Below, in pieces: positions 10,501-19,148 of a DNA stretch of 64,000 nucleotides. The notes under the pieces are model-generated. The model saw only the letters and a list, made by a program, of their open reading frames with translations, searched no databases and was not told the origin of the DNA. The first letter of the stretch is position 1. Each line of letters begins with the position of its first letter. The position numbers and the translations under genes were made by a program. The stretch comes from a virus: the IMG/VR virus record IMGVR_UViG_3300038393_002515. One strand, written 5' to 3'.

Positions 10501-11294
10501 TCCGCTACGGCCTCGGCTCCGTCAAGGGCGTCGGCGACGTCGCCGTCCGTGCCCTCGTCGAGGCCCAGCCGTACGCCTCCTGGGAGGACTTCGAGACCCG
10601 CCGCAGCCCCAAGGCCAACGCGGGCGTCGTCGCCCTCCTCGCCCGCGTCGGCGCCTTCGACACCCTCGCCGCCAACCGGCGCGGCCTGGAGGCCAAGCTG
10701 CTCGCCGCGAAGACCGGCGAGGACGCCCGCTGCGTGCACAAGGACGAGAGCCTCGCCCAGGACAACCTCGGAGCGAACCTCCTGCCCTGCAGCTTCGACT
10801 GGTCCAGCGAGCCCGCGCCGGTCAACCCCCGTACCGGCAAGATCCTCAAGCGCAAGCCGATGCCCAAGCGCTGCACCAAGGCCTGCCGCCAGTACACCGC
10901 GCCGCCGCCCCTGCAGATCGCCACGGTCGAGCCGTACAGCCCGGTGGACATCCGGCAGATCGAGCACGAGATGCTCGGCACCTACCTCAGCTCCACGCCG
11001 TTCGACGACCTCGACCCCAACGACCGCGCCGTCTGCCGGGCCCAGGCTGAGCAGCTGGCGAGCGGACCGAACGGCACCTACTACGTCGCCGCGATCGTGG
11101 CAGGAGCCCGCCCGCACAAGACGGGCGACATGGGCTTTCTGACCCTGGAGACCGAAACCTCCACCCTCCGCGTCGCGGTGTTCCGTGACGCCTGGGCCGT
11201 CGAGCAGCGCCGCTTCGTCAAGGGCGCCCTCTGTCTGGCCGAACTCCGCAAGAACGACCGGGGCCTGAGCCTCGTCGCCTACCAGCCCCTGTGA
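7599..11294 (+). CDS. dnaE: DNA polymerase III alpha subunit (DnaE-type, PHP domain)
   Basis: FVHLHTHSEYSPLDG PHP motif, GPGRGSGGGSLVAY, PDFDVDF and KFDILTLRTLD. GTG 7599 after AAGGA is preferred over ATG 7539. Confidence 0.9.
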   Translation: MLRIITSYAHERFPGAEHRVGNLKLHLPALVEHEDDGTRWLLVPGYIPTDVSVSVWARAVKDGAAGIMHTLQDGVGAVPAHRLEEDAQNLGNGTMRLSYRYSALFSDADGIPTYHEVLDQLEAKQDPPKAAAGFVHLHTHSEYSPLDGLSRMDEIVREVTAHGQTAVAITDHGTCAGHPELQRAADKAGVKPIFGIEAYLCDDRVIRAEPGDKELQAKLRNDYWHVCLFAQDNTGLRNIWAASTESFRDGFYHRPRMDWDTLGRFNEGVIASTGCLRGPVAVAIKNGDADLARQRLTRLMDLYPGRLYVELQPNDMPDQVKLNTTLVALAREFHLPLLATVDSHFPTADDAHAHDVWIACQTNKDVQDEGDLFAEDLNLYVMGEDEVRAGLAYLGQDVVEESIANTRALADRCTARIEGETTTPSFTGTPKQDEERLWRLIEDNWDRLPITDEASRKTYIDRVAREMSLLVDKGFCGYYLMVADYCAWAKDNGILVGPGRGSGGGSLVAYLARITSLDPVKHDLLFERFLTRGRAGLPDFDVDFPASKKAEILGYLRERWGERNVVSIGSELRLKNKAVINELVRALASSLPEGAAADLRQVSTLIDEAEAGTAGLGMSWEDLWVQHGEQLQPFADRYPELFAMAERLVGRLKSYGRHAAGVVISTGAPLTDWLPMRTIDGEEQMVTQWAMGDVEAIGLVKFDILTLRTLDTIQETLDLVRAQRRYEIDLEAWEAEFEDPLVWEELQAAHTLGVFQIETHSGTRLCERMRPQNVAELADMVTIVRPGPMNSGLTDLYLRRRAGEQAVSYPDPRLEQVLAPTYGAMIYQEQVMAVTRLLAGYDESEADGVRRILGKKKVSAIADAGQEFLSRVDMPREQAERLWAQMAEFSKYGFNKSHAYAYAFLAFWTAFLKVNYPREFLVAAMSTVDKDRVPEFVKEARRLDVEVLPPDINTSGPGFTADPERYAVRYGLGSVKGVGDVAVRALVEAQPYASWEDFETRRSPKANAGVVALLARVGAFDTLAANRRGLEAKLLAAKTGEDARCVHKDESLAQDNLGANLLPCSFDWSSEPAPVNPRTGKILKRKPMPKRCTKACRQYTAPPPLQIATVEPYSPVDIRQIEHEMLGTYLSSTPFDDLDPNDRAVCRAQAEQLASGPNGTYYVAAIVAGARPHKTGDMGFLTLETETSTLRVAVFRDAWAVEQRRFVKGALCLAELRKNDRGLSLVAYQPL

Positions 11295-11944
11295 GAGGCA
11301 CCGCCATGCCCATCATCTCCTCCATCAGCCACCCCTACTGGTCCGCCCTCGGTGCGGCCGCCAAGCAGACCCGCAAGGGCCTGCAGATCTCTCAGGCCAG
11401 CGTCGCCCAGCACGTCGGTCTGACGGTCCGCGAGTACGCGGCCCTGGAGAGCGGCTTCATCCCGCCGGACGTCGCCGAGGCCCTCGGCCACCTCAGCCTC
11501 TCCCGCCTCGACGAGGCCCTCGGATGGGAGGACGGCACCGCCCGCTCCCACGTCGATACGGCCCTTACGGCCGCCATGTGGCCGACCTCCGTCGCCAACA
11601 CCCTGCCGGTCGACGGCGAGACCCTCACCACCGGCGACCGCTCCGCCTACCCCGCCGCCGCCTGGGCCCGGCTCGGCAAGGCCGTCCGCGCCGCCCGCCT
11701 GGCACAGAAGATGACCAGAAACCAGCTCGCCTACGCCATGAAGTCCTCCAGCAAGACGATCATGCGCCTGGAGGAGGGCCGCATCTACGGCGACCCGCGC
11801 ACCGCGCCGCCCGGCGACTACAACTCCGAGCGCTACGTCCTGCGCCGCCTCGCCTTCCTGGAGATGGCCCTCGAATGGGACCTGGGCCAGGCCGCCGAAA
11901 TCCTCGAAGGCCAGAAAGAGGCCTCTGTCAGTCCTGCGGCGTAA
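11291..11944 (+). CDS. regulator with two XRE-type helix-turn-helix domains
   Basis: ISQASVAQHVGLTVREYAALESG and MTRNQLAYAMKSSSKTIMRLEEG. Confidence 0.7.
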   Translation: MRGTAMPIISSISHPYWSALGAAAKQTRKGLQISQASVAQHVGLTVREYAALESGFIPPDVAEALGHLSLSRLDEALGWEDGTARSHVDTALTAAMWPTSVANTLPVDGETLTTGDRSAYPAAAWARLGKAVRAARLAQKMTRNQLAYAMKSSSKTIMRLEEGRIYGDPRTAPPGDYNSERYVLRRLAFLEMALEWDLGQAAEILEGQKEASVSPAA

Positions 11945-12022
11945 GCTGCGAAATCAAGCCAACCGCCATTGGCCACAGCTGACCGCCATCAGCTGCTCCT
12001 ACCGCCAAGGAGACCCCGCACC

Positions 12023-13150
12023 ATGCCTCCCAAGAGCCGTCTCGCCAAGCTGCGCGCGGACCTGACCAAGGTCTACGGCGACCGCGTCACCCGGCGCGAC
12101 ACGATGGTCCGGCCCACCTTCATATCCAGCGGCAGCCTCACCCTCGACTACGCCCTCGGCGGCGGCTTCGCCCTGAAGCGCACCCACGAGATCGTCGGCC
12201 CCGAGGGCATGGGCAAGACGACACAGTGCATCCTCGCCATGGTCGACGCCCAGCGGATGTTCCCCGACCGGGGCGTGGCGATCATCGACATGGAGCAGTC
12301 CTTCGACTTCGAGTGGGCCGCGAAACTCGGCCTGGACCTCGACGAAGACCGCTTCGTCCACATCTACCCGGACCACTCCGAGGACGTCTCCGACCAGATC
12401 AGCATCTTCCTCCGAGACGGGGATATCTCTCTCGTCGTCGTCGACTCCGTCGGCGGCATGGAGTCTAAGGCCGCCTTCGAGAAAAAGGCCGAGGACTCCG
12501 CCATGGGCAAGAACTCCCAGGTCATCTCCCGCATGGTCAAGCGCGTCGCGGGCCTGTGCCGTGCGAACAACGCGGCCGTGATCTTCGTGAACCAGTACCG
12601 GGCCGACATCGGCAACCCGCGCGGTGGACAGAAGTCCGCCGGACCGAGCGCCCTGAAGTACAACACCACCACCAAGATCAAGATGAGCCGCACCGGCGAG
12701 CCGACGAAGAAGGTGTCCATCACCGACGCCGTCTCCAAGGCCCCCGCTGAACTGGAAGTTGCCCGCCAGATCCGAGCCAAGGTCGAGCGCAACAAGCTCG
12801 CCCCGCAGGGACGCGTCGCTGACTTCTGGTTCCGCAACGTCGCCACCGACAAGTACGGCCCCGTCGGCATCGACCGCGCCGACGAAGCCATCACCCTCGG
12901 CATCGCCACCGGCGCCATCAAGCGCCTGTCCACCGTGTCGTACGAGTTCCCCGACGGCAGCACCGTCAAGGGCGGCCGTCCTGGCGTCGAGGCCGCCATC
13001 GCCGAGCGACCCGAGCTGGTTGAGCAAGTCCGGGAGAAGGCCCTGGCCGCCATCTCCAGCGACGTCAAGGCCGACCACACCGTCTCCTACGACGACGTCC
13101 CCGACGGAGTCGACCCCACCACCGGCGAGATCCTGGAGGACGCCGCATGA
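12023..13150 (+). CDS. recA: RecA-like recombinase
   Basis: SGSLTLDYALGGG, Walker A GPEGMGKT, Walker B LVVVDSV and VIFVNQ. AAGGAG SD precedes ATG 12023. Confidence 0.85.
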   Translation: MPPKSRLAKLRADLTKVYGDRVTRRDTMVRPTFISSGSLTLDYALGGGFALKRTHEIVGPEGMGKTTQCILAMVDAQRMFPDRGVAIIDMEQSFDFEWAAKLGLDLDEDRFVHIYPDHSEDVSDQISIFLRDGDISLVVVDSVGGMESKAAFEKKAEDSAMGKNSQVISRMVKRVAGLCRANNAAVIFVNQYRADIGNPRGGQKSAGPSALKYNTTTKIKMSRTGEPTKKVSITDAVSKAPAELEVARQIRAKVERNKLAPQGRVADFWFRNVATDKYGPVGIDRADEAITLGIATGAIKRLSTVSYEFPDGSTVKGGRPGVEAAIAERPELVEQVREKALAAISSDVKADHTVSYDDVPDGVDPTTGEILEDAA

Positions 13151-13542
13151 ACCGCCTGCTCAACTTCCTCAACCGCCGCCCCATCAGGTGGACGGGACGG
13201 ACCCTGTCCGTCGCCGTCTTCGGCTACGTCTGGTACGGCCTCGGCACCACCTACGACCTGAACCAGCTGGACGACACCCCCGGCTTCCGTTTCGGCTTCA
13301 TCCTTGCGGCCACCGCCTTCTACGGCGTCGCCCTCATCGCCGCCTACCTGGAGCGCCGTCCCGTCAAGGAGCCTCTGCTCATCGACCCCGACTTCCCGCC
13401 GACCAAGATGGTCTACCTGCAGGGCGAAGGAGAGCCGGAGCGCTGCGCCTGCCACGGCCAGGTGATCGAGGACGGCACCGAGATCCTGCACTGGCCCCAG
13501 CCTGCCAAGCTCATCTGCGTCGAAAAGGACCGCGCCAAGTGA
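13147..13542 (+). CDS. membrane protein
   Basis: Two hydrophobic helices. ATGA overlap with recA. Confidence 0.55.
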   Translation: MNRLLNFLNRRPIRWTGRTLSVAVFGYVWYGLGTTYDLNQLDDTPGFRFGFILAATAFYGVALIAAYLERRPVKEPLLIDPDFPPTKMVYLQGEGEPERCACHGQVIEDGTEILHWPQPAKLICVEKDRAK

Positions 13543-13997
13543 ACCTCGACAAGGGCCTGAACAAGCGCATGGGAGACGCGCACGAGGAGCGCCTGGCCGA
13601 GGTGCTGGGGATGCGCCGGACCCGGGGGAGCGGCAACCAGTGGCGCGACCAGATGGACGCCAAGCACGACCGCACGGCCTGCACCTTCGCCTTCGCGGTC
13701 GACGGCAAGTCCACCCTGGCCCAGTCCATCAGCATCACCCGCGCCATGTGGGAGAAGGCCGGGGAGCAGGCCAGCGGCGAACTGCCCATGCTCGCCCTCC
13801 GCTTCTACAACAACGCCTCCCTGGAAGTTCACGCCGACCTTGCCGTCTGCGATCTCCTCGACTTTGCCGAGATGCGCGAGGCCGCCGAGAACTGGCACAA
13901 GGCCAAGCCCATCCTGCAGTCGCTCGTCGCACTCGACCCGCGCTGCATCCCGGTCCTCGTGAGCCTCGCGAGCCACCTCATCAACGCAGATCAGTGA
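13539..13997 (+). CDS. PD-(D/E)xK nuclease, Hjc-like Holliday-junction resolvase candidate
   Basis: E..L...RGSGNQ..D...AVDGKS pattern (E / GSG / D / DxK). GTGA overlap with the upstream gene. Confidence 0.5.
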   Translation: MNLDKGLNKRMGDAHEERLAEVLGMRRTRGSGNQWRDQMDAKHDRTACTFAFAVDGKSTLAQSISITRAMWEKAGEQASGELPMLALRFYNNASLEVHADLAVCDLLDFAEMREAAENWHKAKPILQSLVALDPRCIPVLVSLASHLINADQ

Positions 13998-14011
13998 AGT
14001 GAGAACCCACC

Positions 14012-14431
14012 ATGAATCCCCCGCACTTTGACCTCGCCAACTCCTGGAACTACATCCTCGCCAGCCTGGACGTCGTCGGCCTCGTCGCCCTGCGCGCCGT
14101 CGGCAAGAAGAACGCCAAGGGCTGGCTGTGGGCGATGTTCACTCAGGCCGTCTGGATGGTCTACTCCGTCTCCACCTTCCAGTGGGGCTTCCTCACCGTC
14201 GCCGCCGTCAAGTTCGGCGTCTACACCTGGAACTGGACCTCCTGGGTGCGCGGTGACAAGGCCGAGGCCAAGCCCAAGACGCGCGAGGAGCTGGCCCTGG
14301 AGCTGGCCCGCGATCGACTGCCGAAGGGCACGGACGAACTCACGGTGCTGCGAGCCGCCTCCATGCTGACCAAGGCACTCAAGGTAGTGGAGCTGTACCC
14401 GGAGAAGATGAAGGCAGGGCCGACCACGTGA
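14012..14431 (+). CDS. membrane protein
   Basis: Three predicted TM helices in the N-terminal 80 aa. Confidence 0.55.
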   Translation: MNPPHFDLANSWNYILASLDVVGLVALRAVGKKNAKGWLWAMFTQAVWMVYSVSTFQWGFLTVAAVKFGVYTWNWTSWVRGDKAEAKPKTREELALELARDRLPKGTDELTVLRAASMLTKALKVVELYPEKMKAGPTT

Positions 14432-15267
14432 CCTTCACCCCGTCCTTCCGCCGGGTCGGCGCCATGAACAACAACCTGGCGCTGATCCCGCTGATCGAGA
14501 ACGCCGTCCAGCAGTGCGCCTTCCCCAAGGACTTCACCGTGCGCCTGCACTCGTACTCCGCCAAGCGCGAGCCGGACGGCTGGTTCCACCCCTCGACCCA
14601 CCCGACCATGGACGAGCGGAAGCTGTACTACTACCTCGCCCAGCCGGACAAGTGGGACGAACCCGAGTGGGACTATGGCCCCCGCATGTCCGTCCTGGTC
14701 GGCACGATCATGCACGAGGTCATCCAGACCGTCATGATCAAGATGGGCCTGCTCGTACCGCCGAAGGGCACCTGCGTGTGCTGCGGCAAGCCGCACGGCA
14801 AGGGCAAGGGCAAGTGCGATGAGTGGGGCGTACGCGATGACCTCCTCGGCCGACGCGGCCACATGGACGGCCTCCTCGACCTCCCCGGCTGGTGCGCGCC
14901 CGGCGACGGCATCTTCGACCTGAAGACGTCAGCGCCCGCCGCCCTCCGAGGCATCGAGAGCCATGACCTGGACGCCTTCAAGCTCAAGTGGCCCTACTAC
15001 TACGGCCAGGCCCAGGAGTACATGGCCCTCACCGGCAAGCTCAAGGCCCTGATCCTCTTCATGGCCATGAGCGAGGGATGGGTGATGAAGGAGTTCACCA
15101 TCCCTCGCGACGACCTGTACATCGCCCGCCTGGAAGCGAAGTACCGCACCGTCCGCCGCCACGTCGAGATGGGCACCCCGCCGCCCGTCGCCTGCTGCCC
15201 CGGCGGCGCCAAGGCCCGCAAGTGCCCCGCCACCCGCTGCACCGTCAAGATCGGACTCGCCGCATGA
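14428..15267 (+). CDS. Cas4/RecB-family exonuclease
   Basis: GTIMHE, GHMDGLLD, IFDLKTS and QAQEYM motifs plus a C-terminal Cys cluster (CCPGGAKARKCPATRC). Confidence 0.7.
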   Translation: MTFTPSFRRVGAMNNNLALIPLIENAVQQCAFPKDFTVRLHSYSAKREPDGWFHPSTHPTMDERKLYYYLAQPDKWDEPEWDYGPRMSVLVGTIMHEVIQTVMIKMGLLVPPKGTCVCCGKPHGKGKGKCDEWGVRDDLLGRRGHMDGLLDLPGWCAPGDGIFDLKTSAPAALRGIESHDLDAFKLKWPYYYGQAQEYMALTGKLKALILFMAMSEGWVMKEFTIPRDDLYIARLEAKYRTVRRHVEMGTPPPVACCPGGAKARKCPATRCTVKIGLAA

Positions 15268-15692
15268 CCGTCGCCAAAGCGCCGTTCTACGCCGACGGCA
15301 GCCTCATGCACTTCGTGCACCGCGACTCCGACGTCGCCGAGTGGAGGGACAACGAGCCCTTCCACGAGATGCTCACGCTCGACGGTGCGGTGCGCGGCAT
15401 GTCCGCCGCCCGCCTGCGCTGGTATGCCGAGGGCGGCCGCCGGTTCGAGATGTTCCTGACCGACCTCGTCGACATGATCAACCGGACACCGAACCTCTAC
15501 AAGGGTGCCATCAGCGGCTGGTGGATGGTCAGCAAGCGCGGCCGGAACTACGGCATCCGCCTCGCCACCGACGAAGAACTCTCCAAGGCCGGACACACCG
15601 GCGGCAACGGCGAAGACTGCCCCGCCTGCCAGGGCGCCAACCTGCCCTACCCCTTCCTGTGTCCCGCCCCCGAGGACTCCGCCAAGTCCTGA
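15264..15692 (+). CDS. hypothetical protein
   Basis: ATGA overlap; GC3-rich; C-terminal CPAC..C motif. Confidence 0.55.
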   Translation: MTVAKAPFYADGSLMHFVHRDSDVAEWRDNEPFHEMLTLDGAVRGMSAARLRWYAEGGRRFEMFLTDLVDMINRTPNLYKGAISGWWMVSKRGRNYGIRLATDEELSKAGHTGGNGEDCPACQGANLPYPFLCPAPEDSAKS

Positions 15693-15725
15693 CCCGCCCG
15701 ACTCTGACCGCCATCGGAGACCCCC

Positions 15726-16376
15726 ATGAAGAACCAGCTCGCCATACCCGCCGTCGAGCGCATCGCCCGCCGCAACGCCTTCCGCCCGCCCGTCTTCAGC
15801 GACTTCGCCGTCGCCACGGTGCAGGCCTTCGACCAGTCCCTGAACAACACCGGCATGGTCCTGCTCCGCTCCTGGGGCGGCGGCATCACCCTGCTGGCCA
15901 CCGGCATGATCCGCCCCTCCGAAGAGGCCACCGACCAGCAGAGCTGGGAGGGCAACTTCGCCCGCGCCGAGGACATCCGCAAGGGCGTCGCCTACCACCG
16001 CACCGGCTACGCCTCCATGGCCGACGTCGTCGTCTACGAGCGGCCCCCGGTCCACGGCAAGCGCACCGAGTCCATCATCCTGGCCGGACGCGAGGTGCAC
16101 CGCGCCACCGACGGCCAGGCCGTCATGGTCGACAACCGCCACGCCAAGAAGGTTATCGTCGGCCGCGCCGGTTCCAGCCAGAACCCCGTCACCAAGGCCC
16201 ACGTCAAGGAAGCCGTCGAGGCGTACATCACCCCGCCCGAGGCCAGCGGCAAGACCATGCCCTGGAACGAGCACGTCCGCGACGCCTGCATGCTCGCGCT
16301 GGCCTGGCTCTACGACGAGAAGCAGCGACAGGCCCAGGAGGCCGCCCAGGCCCAGCCGCTGGCGGTCGCCGCATGA
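15726..16376 (+). CDS. ruvC: RuvC-like Holliday-junction resolvase
   Basis: AFDQSLNNTG (DxS..TG), VVYERPP (Glu) and a C-terminal RDACML (Asp). Confidence 0.6.
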   Translation: MKNQLAIPAVERIARRNAFRPPVFSDFAVATVQAFDQSLNNTGMVLLRSWGGGITLLATGMIRPSEEATDQQSWEGNFARAEDIRKGVAYHRTGYASMADVVVYERPPVHGKRTESIILAGREVHRATDGQAVMVDNRHAKKVIVGRAGSSQNPVTKAHVKEAVEAYITPPEASGKTMPWNEHVRDACMLALAWLYDEKQRQAQEAAQAQPLAVAA

Positions 16377-17089
16377 GCGACGCACAGGAGATCGTAGAGC
16401 TGGCCCAGTGGATGGGCGACGCGCAGGCCGCCAAGCAGGCCAACCGGGTCGTCGGCGAACTCGCCCGCGAGGCCGACCAGCCGCTGGCCGTCGACATCGA
16501 CCCCGACCGCACCCGCGAGACGTCCACGACCGGCTTCTCTCGCATGCGCACCGAGTGGCGGCCGGGAGAGGGCGCCGAGGTCGCAGGCATCGTCCAGCAG
16601 GCCCAGGGCATCATCCACCGCGCCTTCCCCGACGCCTACCTGGTCATGAACGAGCTGTGGATGCTCGTCCGCGAGCCGGTCATCGACCAGGGCACCGGCG
16701 AGATCAAGACCGACCTCTTCGGCTGGCCCGAGTGGCAGAAGCTCCCCTCCGGCGCCTACGTCGAGGACTACACCCGCCTCGCCAACCGCGAGAAGGACGA
16801 CTTCCTGCTGCGCATCACCACCGGCCTGCTGGAGTGGGAGCAGAAGGCGTCCACCCTGTGGCTGGAGTCCATGCTGGCCAAGGGCCGCTGGGAGGAATCC
16901 ATGGCCACCGGCTTCGTCGCCCCCACCGGCCGCGTCACCGTCGAGGAGCGCACCCAGCGCGGCCGGGCCTACGCCGCCGAGGACCGCTACCACGCCATCT
17001 TCCGCGCCTCCGTGAGCAGGTCGGCCGACAGCCTGATCCGCTCACTGGAGCGCATCGGCCAAAGGTTGAAGGACTCCCTGACGGCATGA
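16373..17089 (+). CDS. hypothetical protein
   Basis: ATGA overlap; GC3-rich. Confidence 0.55.
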   Translation: MSDAQEIVELAQWMGDAQAAKQANRVVGELAREADQPLAVDIDPDRTRETSTTGFSRMRTEWRPGEGAEVAGIVQQAQGIIHRAFPDAYLVMNELWMLVREPVIDQGTGEIKTDLFGWPEWQKLPSGAYVEDYTRLANREKDDFLLRITTGLLEWEQKASTLWLESMLAKGRWEESMATGFVAPTGRVTVEERTQRGRAYAAEDRYHAIFRASVSRSADSLIRSLERIGQRLKDSLTA

Positions 17090-17610
17090 CAGACAACCAG
17101 GCCGAGCGCCGTGAGAAGTACGCTGCAGCGATCCGCGCTCAGGTCCGCTTCCGACTCGGCGCCAGCGTCGCCAAGCTGGCCGCGCAGGGCCGACCGCTGG
17201 TGATGACCCCCAACGAGGCGGAGGCCGCAGCTGACGCCGCCATGGCCGTCGCGGACGCCGAACAAGCCGAACTGCGGCAGTTGCAGGCCACGCCCCCAGA
17301 CGTGGCTGTCACGCTGACCGACGCTGAGCGCCAGTTCCTCTCCTTCGCCCTCGATCAGGCCGCAGAGGAGATGTTCCACCGCGACGGGTTCACCGCTGAG
17401 GACTGGGCCGCGCTGGAGAAACTCCGCCGCGTGACCGCGCTCCCCGCAGCCGCCTCGGGACACGCTGACCGGGCTGCCGTCCTCCGTGAAGCCGCTGATG
17501 CGCTTGACGAGTCCGAGATCCTGCGCGACCTCACGGACGACCACATGCACGATGTGAACGCCGCTGCCAACGAGCTGCGCCGCATGGCCGACGAGACGCC
17601 GACCGCCTGA
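17086..17610 (+). CDS. hypothetical protein
   Basis: ATGA overlap; GC3-rich. Confidence 0.55.
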   Translation: MTDNQAERREKYAAAIRAQVRFRLGASVAKLAAQGRPLVMTPNEAEAAADAAMAVADAEQAELRQLQATPPDVAVTLTDAERQFLSFALDQAAEEMFHRDGFTAEDWAALEKLRRVTALPAAASGHADRAAVLREAADALDESEILRDLTDDHMHDVNAAANELRRMADETPTA

Positions 17611-17759
17611 GTCCTGTCTGTGGTGCAACTTCGATCGACGAAAAGTTGGAGTTGCGGGCGGGGGCCTGCTTATGCTGACACAGAATTCCAGATGTGCTGC
17701 CGCCACATGCACATCCGGGAAGGCGCGACCGCCACGCGTCAGTAAAGGAACCCGCCTGC

Positions 17760-18149
17760 ATGACAATAGACGTGCGCGTGCTCCGGGAACTGTTCCGGCA
17801 TCTCCAGGCGTGGAACACCCTCTACGAAACAGAGGGTAAGGACACGATAACTGGCCCGGACGGAACCGAGTACTGCATCCACGACATCGTCCGCCTCTAC
17901 GAGAACGCCGTAAACGGACGCGGCGCCAACGGAAAGCACCTGCTTTCCCCACGCCAGCGCGAAGCAATTCAGCTGTTCCTCATCGAGAACCGGCCCGAGC
18001 GGGAAGTCGCCCGCCTCATGGGAGTCTCCGAGGACAACCCCGTCGCCTCCTACGCCACCCAGGGCCTCGTCCGCCTGAACGATCTGATCAGCGCGGGCGT
18101 CATCCCCGGCAACGGCGCCGAGGACGACCTGGAGGTGGCCGCAGCATGA
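17760..18149 (+). CDS. sigma-70 region-4 / LuxR-like HTH regulator
   Basis: LSPRQREAIQLFLIENRPEREVARLMGVS. It is the first gene after a 150-nt less GC-rich gap. Confidence 0.55.
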   Translation: MTIDVRVLRELFRHLQAWNTLYETEGKDTITGPDGTEYCIHDIVRLYENAVNGRGANGKHLLSPRQREAIQLFLIENRPEREVARLMGVSEDNPVASYATQGLVRLNDLISAGVIPGNGAEDDLEVAAA

Positions 18150-18439
18150 GCGACCGCATCCGCCACGGAGTCGACGCCGACCTCGAAGCCCAGGCCGACG
18201 CGATCTTGCGCCAGTCCTTCCTGGATAACCCCGACCCGGAAGAGAAGGCCAAGATCCTCACCTCCTACATGCTGCAGAACCGCCTCAAGCGCGAGGTCTT
18301 CGTGCCCGGCGGCACCCCCGACGGCGCCGTCCGCAAGGGCAGCTTCCACCGGGCCATCAACCGCAAGCACCCCCACCTCAACGCCGCCGAGGGCGTCGCC
18401 CGGCCCCAGCACCGCGTCCCGCTGAAGGCCGAGGAATGA
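18146..18439 (+). CDS. hypothetical protein
   Basis: ATGA overlap. Confidence 0.55.
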   Translation: MSDRIRHGVDADLEAQADAILRQSFLDNPDPEEKAKILTSYMLQNRLKREVFVPGGTPDGAVRKGSFHRAINRKHPHLNAAEGVARPQHRVPLKAEE

Positions 18440-19086
18440 CCGACAACCTGCCCGCCCTTGCGGACCCCGAGGAGACCGGCCCGGCCAGCATGGTGCTGGT
18501 ACGCGTCGGCGGCCGCACGGTGCCCGCCAAGACCGGGGCCCGCTGCCGCGTCTGCCAATCCCCCCACCGCGCCCAGATCGAGGCCTGGATCCTGGAGGGC
18601 TACACCCGGCCCACCATCCTCGCCCACCTCGCCGACATGGAGGAAGGGCCCCTAGGCCACCCCACAGAGAAGGCCCTGCGCGTCCACACCGACCGCCACC
18701 TTCCGCTCAACGCCCGCGCCGAAGCCGCCATCCTGGAGCGCCGCGCCGAACAACTCGGCGAGGAGATAGAAAAAAGCGGCGGCCGCGTCGTCGACTACCG
18801 CTCCGCCGCGCATATGGTCGTACTCAAGGGCTTCGACCGCATCCAGCGGGGCGAGCTCCAGGTGGACGCCAGCACCTTCATGAAGGCCATCGACCTCATC
18901 CACAAGTTCGAGATGGCCGTCGAGGGCGGAATGGACGCCAACGTCTGGCGCGACGCCCTCATGGAGTACATGCGAATAGCAGTCCCCTTCATCCCTCCGG
19001 AGAAGCGAAAGGAATTCGCTGCCGCCCTCAGCGAAAGCCCCGTCCTTGCCGCGCTGGCCCGAAACCAGCAACAGCAACACATTTAA
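18436..19086 (+). CDS. Zn-finger/HTH protein, possible small terminase subunit
   Basis: CRVCQSPHRAQIEAWILEGY N-terminal module. The terminase call rests on position and architecture only. Confidence 0.35.
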   Translation: MTDNLPALADPEETGPASMVLVRVGGRTVPAKTGARCRVCQSPHRAQIEAWILEGYTRPTILAHLADMEEGPLGHPTEKALRVHTDRHLPLNARAEAAILERRAEQLGEEIEKSGGRVVDYRSAAHMVVLKGFDRIQRGELQVDASTFMKAIDLIHKFEMAVEGGMDANVWRDALMEYMRIAVPFIPPEKRKEFAAALSESPVLAALARNQQQQHI

Positions 19087-19148
19087 AAATCCGGCCCGCC
19101 AGCCGGACACCACCCACCACTCCTTCCGCCAGAGGAGAACCGCCCGTC

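Noticed and set aside
7569-11117. Very long antisense ORFs (e.g. 1182 aa opposite dnaE; 25033..27615; 27619..28980; 55474..57558; 57590..59242; 62459..63982)
   Set aside because: They lie opposite genes with clear motifs. They translate to Gly/Ala/Val/Arg/Asp low-complexity strings, and their codon third positions do not carry the GC3 bias. They are typical shadow ORFs of stop-poor high-GC DNA.
18436-19086. Confident annotation as small terminase
   Set aside because: Only the architecture (N-terminal Zn/HTH) and a loose position 3.5 kb upstream of terL support the call. It is kept as a low-confidence possibility.
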